DNA of 64,000 nucleotides, from the NCBI GenBank assembly GCA_963799845.1, contig CAWCYI010000004.1, forward strand, positions 896,001-960,000, read 5' to 3'. Shown here one piece after another: positions 62,552-64,000 of the stretch (positions within the stretch are counted from its first letter, which is position 1; each line of letters starts with the position of its first letter). Both the position numbers and the translations under genes were made by a program. Below the pieces are notes generated by a model that was not told the origin of the DNA, did no database searches, and saw only the letters and a program-made list of their open reading frames with translations. Source of the DNA: an uncultured Nitrososphaerota archaeon. GTDB lineage: Archaea > Thermoproteota > Nitrososphaeria > Nitrososphaerales > CADDZS01.

Positions 62552-63202
62552 CTAACTCTGTCTCTGGATGTGAAGGTTGAACATCGGAGTCTGGTACTTC
62601 ATCCGGAGCCTGAAAAAGAGCGTGAACCACATTTCAACTCCCCGCGAAGTCGATATATCGCCCAGGTCGATTATACTCTTCCAGCCGAGTTCACCGAGAA
62701 TCTTTTGCACTTGCGCTTTCGCCTGCGGGTCGTTCCCGCAAACAAAAACATCATGCTCGCCTGGAACCCCCATCGGATTCACCATGACCTGAGCTGCCAT
62801 TGTGTTGAGAGACTTTACCACTTTCGCTTCTGGAAATTCCCTCTGAATCTGTTCTCCAACTGAGTCTGTGTTCACAATGGTCAGAGTCGGCGGCATACCC
62901 TTCGAAAAATCAAGCGCGTTTGCCACATCGACCAGCACCTTTCCCTTGAGATTTTGAGCCCCTGCCATCCTCAGCGCCTCAACAGATACATTTCCAGAAG
63001 TACAGTTGAACACGATCTCCCCGAAAGAAGCCGCGTCGGCGAATGTTCCCTGCGAGGCCTTCGCTCCCGCATTTTTCACCCACTCTGCCGCCTTTTCATT
63101 GTTAGAGGTTCGAGACCCCATCTTCACTTCGTAACCGAGCTGAACAAGTTTCGTGCCAAGTGTATTGCCTACAATCCCAGTTCCAATAATTCCAATTCGC
63201 AT
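62552..63202 (-). CDS. NADPH-dependent F420 reductase (F420_oxidored) family protein
   Basis: MRIGIIGTGIVG, GSR, D.AN.LDF, S..EQIQ, VVKSLNT, D.GDI. Confidence 0.88.
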   Translation of the reverse strand: MRIGIIGTGIVGNTLGTKLVQLGYEVKMGSRTSNNEKAAEWVKNAGAKASQGTFADAASFGEIVFNCTSGNVSVEALRMAGAQNLKGKVLVDVANALDFSKGMPPTLTIVNTDSVGEQIQREFPEAKVVKSLNTMAAQVMVNPMGVPGEHDVFVCGNDPQAKAQVQKILGELGWKSIIDLGDISTSRGVEMWFTLFFRLRMKYQTPMFNLHIQRQS

Positions 63203-63248
63203 GATCTGGATTGAGGCTCTCGCTCGGCTAATAAGCGTAGCAAACCAG

Positions 63249-63771
63249 CTAGCGAGTTTTGGAAGCGGCTGACGATTTTCCCGCGAATAACTCAGTCCAC
63301 TTTTTCGAGAGATCATCCCTCCTCGGCTTGTACACCTTCTCGTAGAACTCTTGATGTGATTTCAGCGTGTCATCGTCATAGCTTTTACGATCTTGAGTGC
63401 TTCGTCCCAGGCTCTTCTAAAGTTGGTCTCGTTTCCAAACCTTGAAACTATCTGTTTTTCAAAATCCTTCGGTGACTGAACCTCGCCGCCGATTTCAAAG
63501 AGCGGGTTGTTCTTGGTTGATTTCTCATCCAGGAAGGCTTTCTCATTTCCGAGGAAATATTCTTTGTTTTCAGGTTGTGCTGATTCTTTTTCCTTTGATG
63601 ATTTACCGTGAAATCCTTGGGTCGATGGTTTTCCTTTGAACCCCCTTTTCGCGGCAGCATAAAATATAGATCTATTCAGCCCCCAAGAATATGCGGAGTC
63701 TTCCGGCAAACCAAGCGCCTTCGCAGGGCAGCTTGGAGAATTGCCATAATTTGGAAACGACCTATCGCCAT
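63249..63771 (-). CDS. Conserved-looking archaeal hypothetical protein; indels near 63725 and 63383
   Basis: Restored: MAIGRFQIMAILQAARAKALGL...SWGLNRSIFYAAAKRGF...FYEKVYKPRRD. Confidence 0.6.
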
Positions 63772-63852
63772 CTGTTTTCTGAGATCCCCAAAAACATTGT
63801 AGATGAAATGATTTATGGTCAAGAGGGATTGAAAATCTAGAAGAAATCATCG

Positions 63853-64000
63853 TTGCTACCGTTAGTTTATTGTGGAACGACGATCTCGGTGATCCAGGGT
63901 GACATTGTGGATCAAGAGACAGATGCAATCGTGAACGCTGCCAGCTCTTCTCTCATGGGCGGCGGGGGTGTTGATGAGGCAATCCACAGAGCAGGAGGTC
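63853..64000 (+). CDS. Macro domain (ADP-ribose-binding, YmdB-like) protein, truncated by window edge
   Basis: Manual translation [35 protein letters not shown]; start uncertain. Confidence 0.85.
   Translation, partial: MLPLVYCGTTISVIQGDIVDQETDAIVNAASSSLMGGGGVDEAIHRAGG

Overview
Archaeal chromosomal segment. The CdvB/ESCRT-III paralogue, thaumarchaeal-type AsnB with a C-terminal zinc ribbon and F420-type enzymes point to Nitrososphaerota, probably a heterotrophic non-ammonia-oxidising lineage (inference). About 1-31 kb and 57-64 kb are housekeeping and amino-acid metabolism: Liv ABC transporter, transsulfuration pair, hom, proC, a ComA-wHTH fusion and putative corrinoid-salvage genes. About 31.3-57 kb is an accessory region of loosely spaced, mixed-orientation genes with an intact IS630 element. 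The most notable signal is two unannotated families of co-oriented intergenic repeats that punctuate this region gene by gene. Family A is a ~60-75 bp element bounded by TTTACTAGTAAA palindromes around a tRNA T-arm-like core. Family B is a ~45 bp imperfect hairpin with an invariant 25-bp core. Three GC-rich structured non-coding elements also occur (41.7, 47.0 and 51.5 kb). No recombinase, cas gene, intact tRNA or rRNA was seen. At least ten conserved genes carry 1-2 bp indels, most likely assembly errors, so gene splits and fusions should be treated cautiously.
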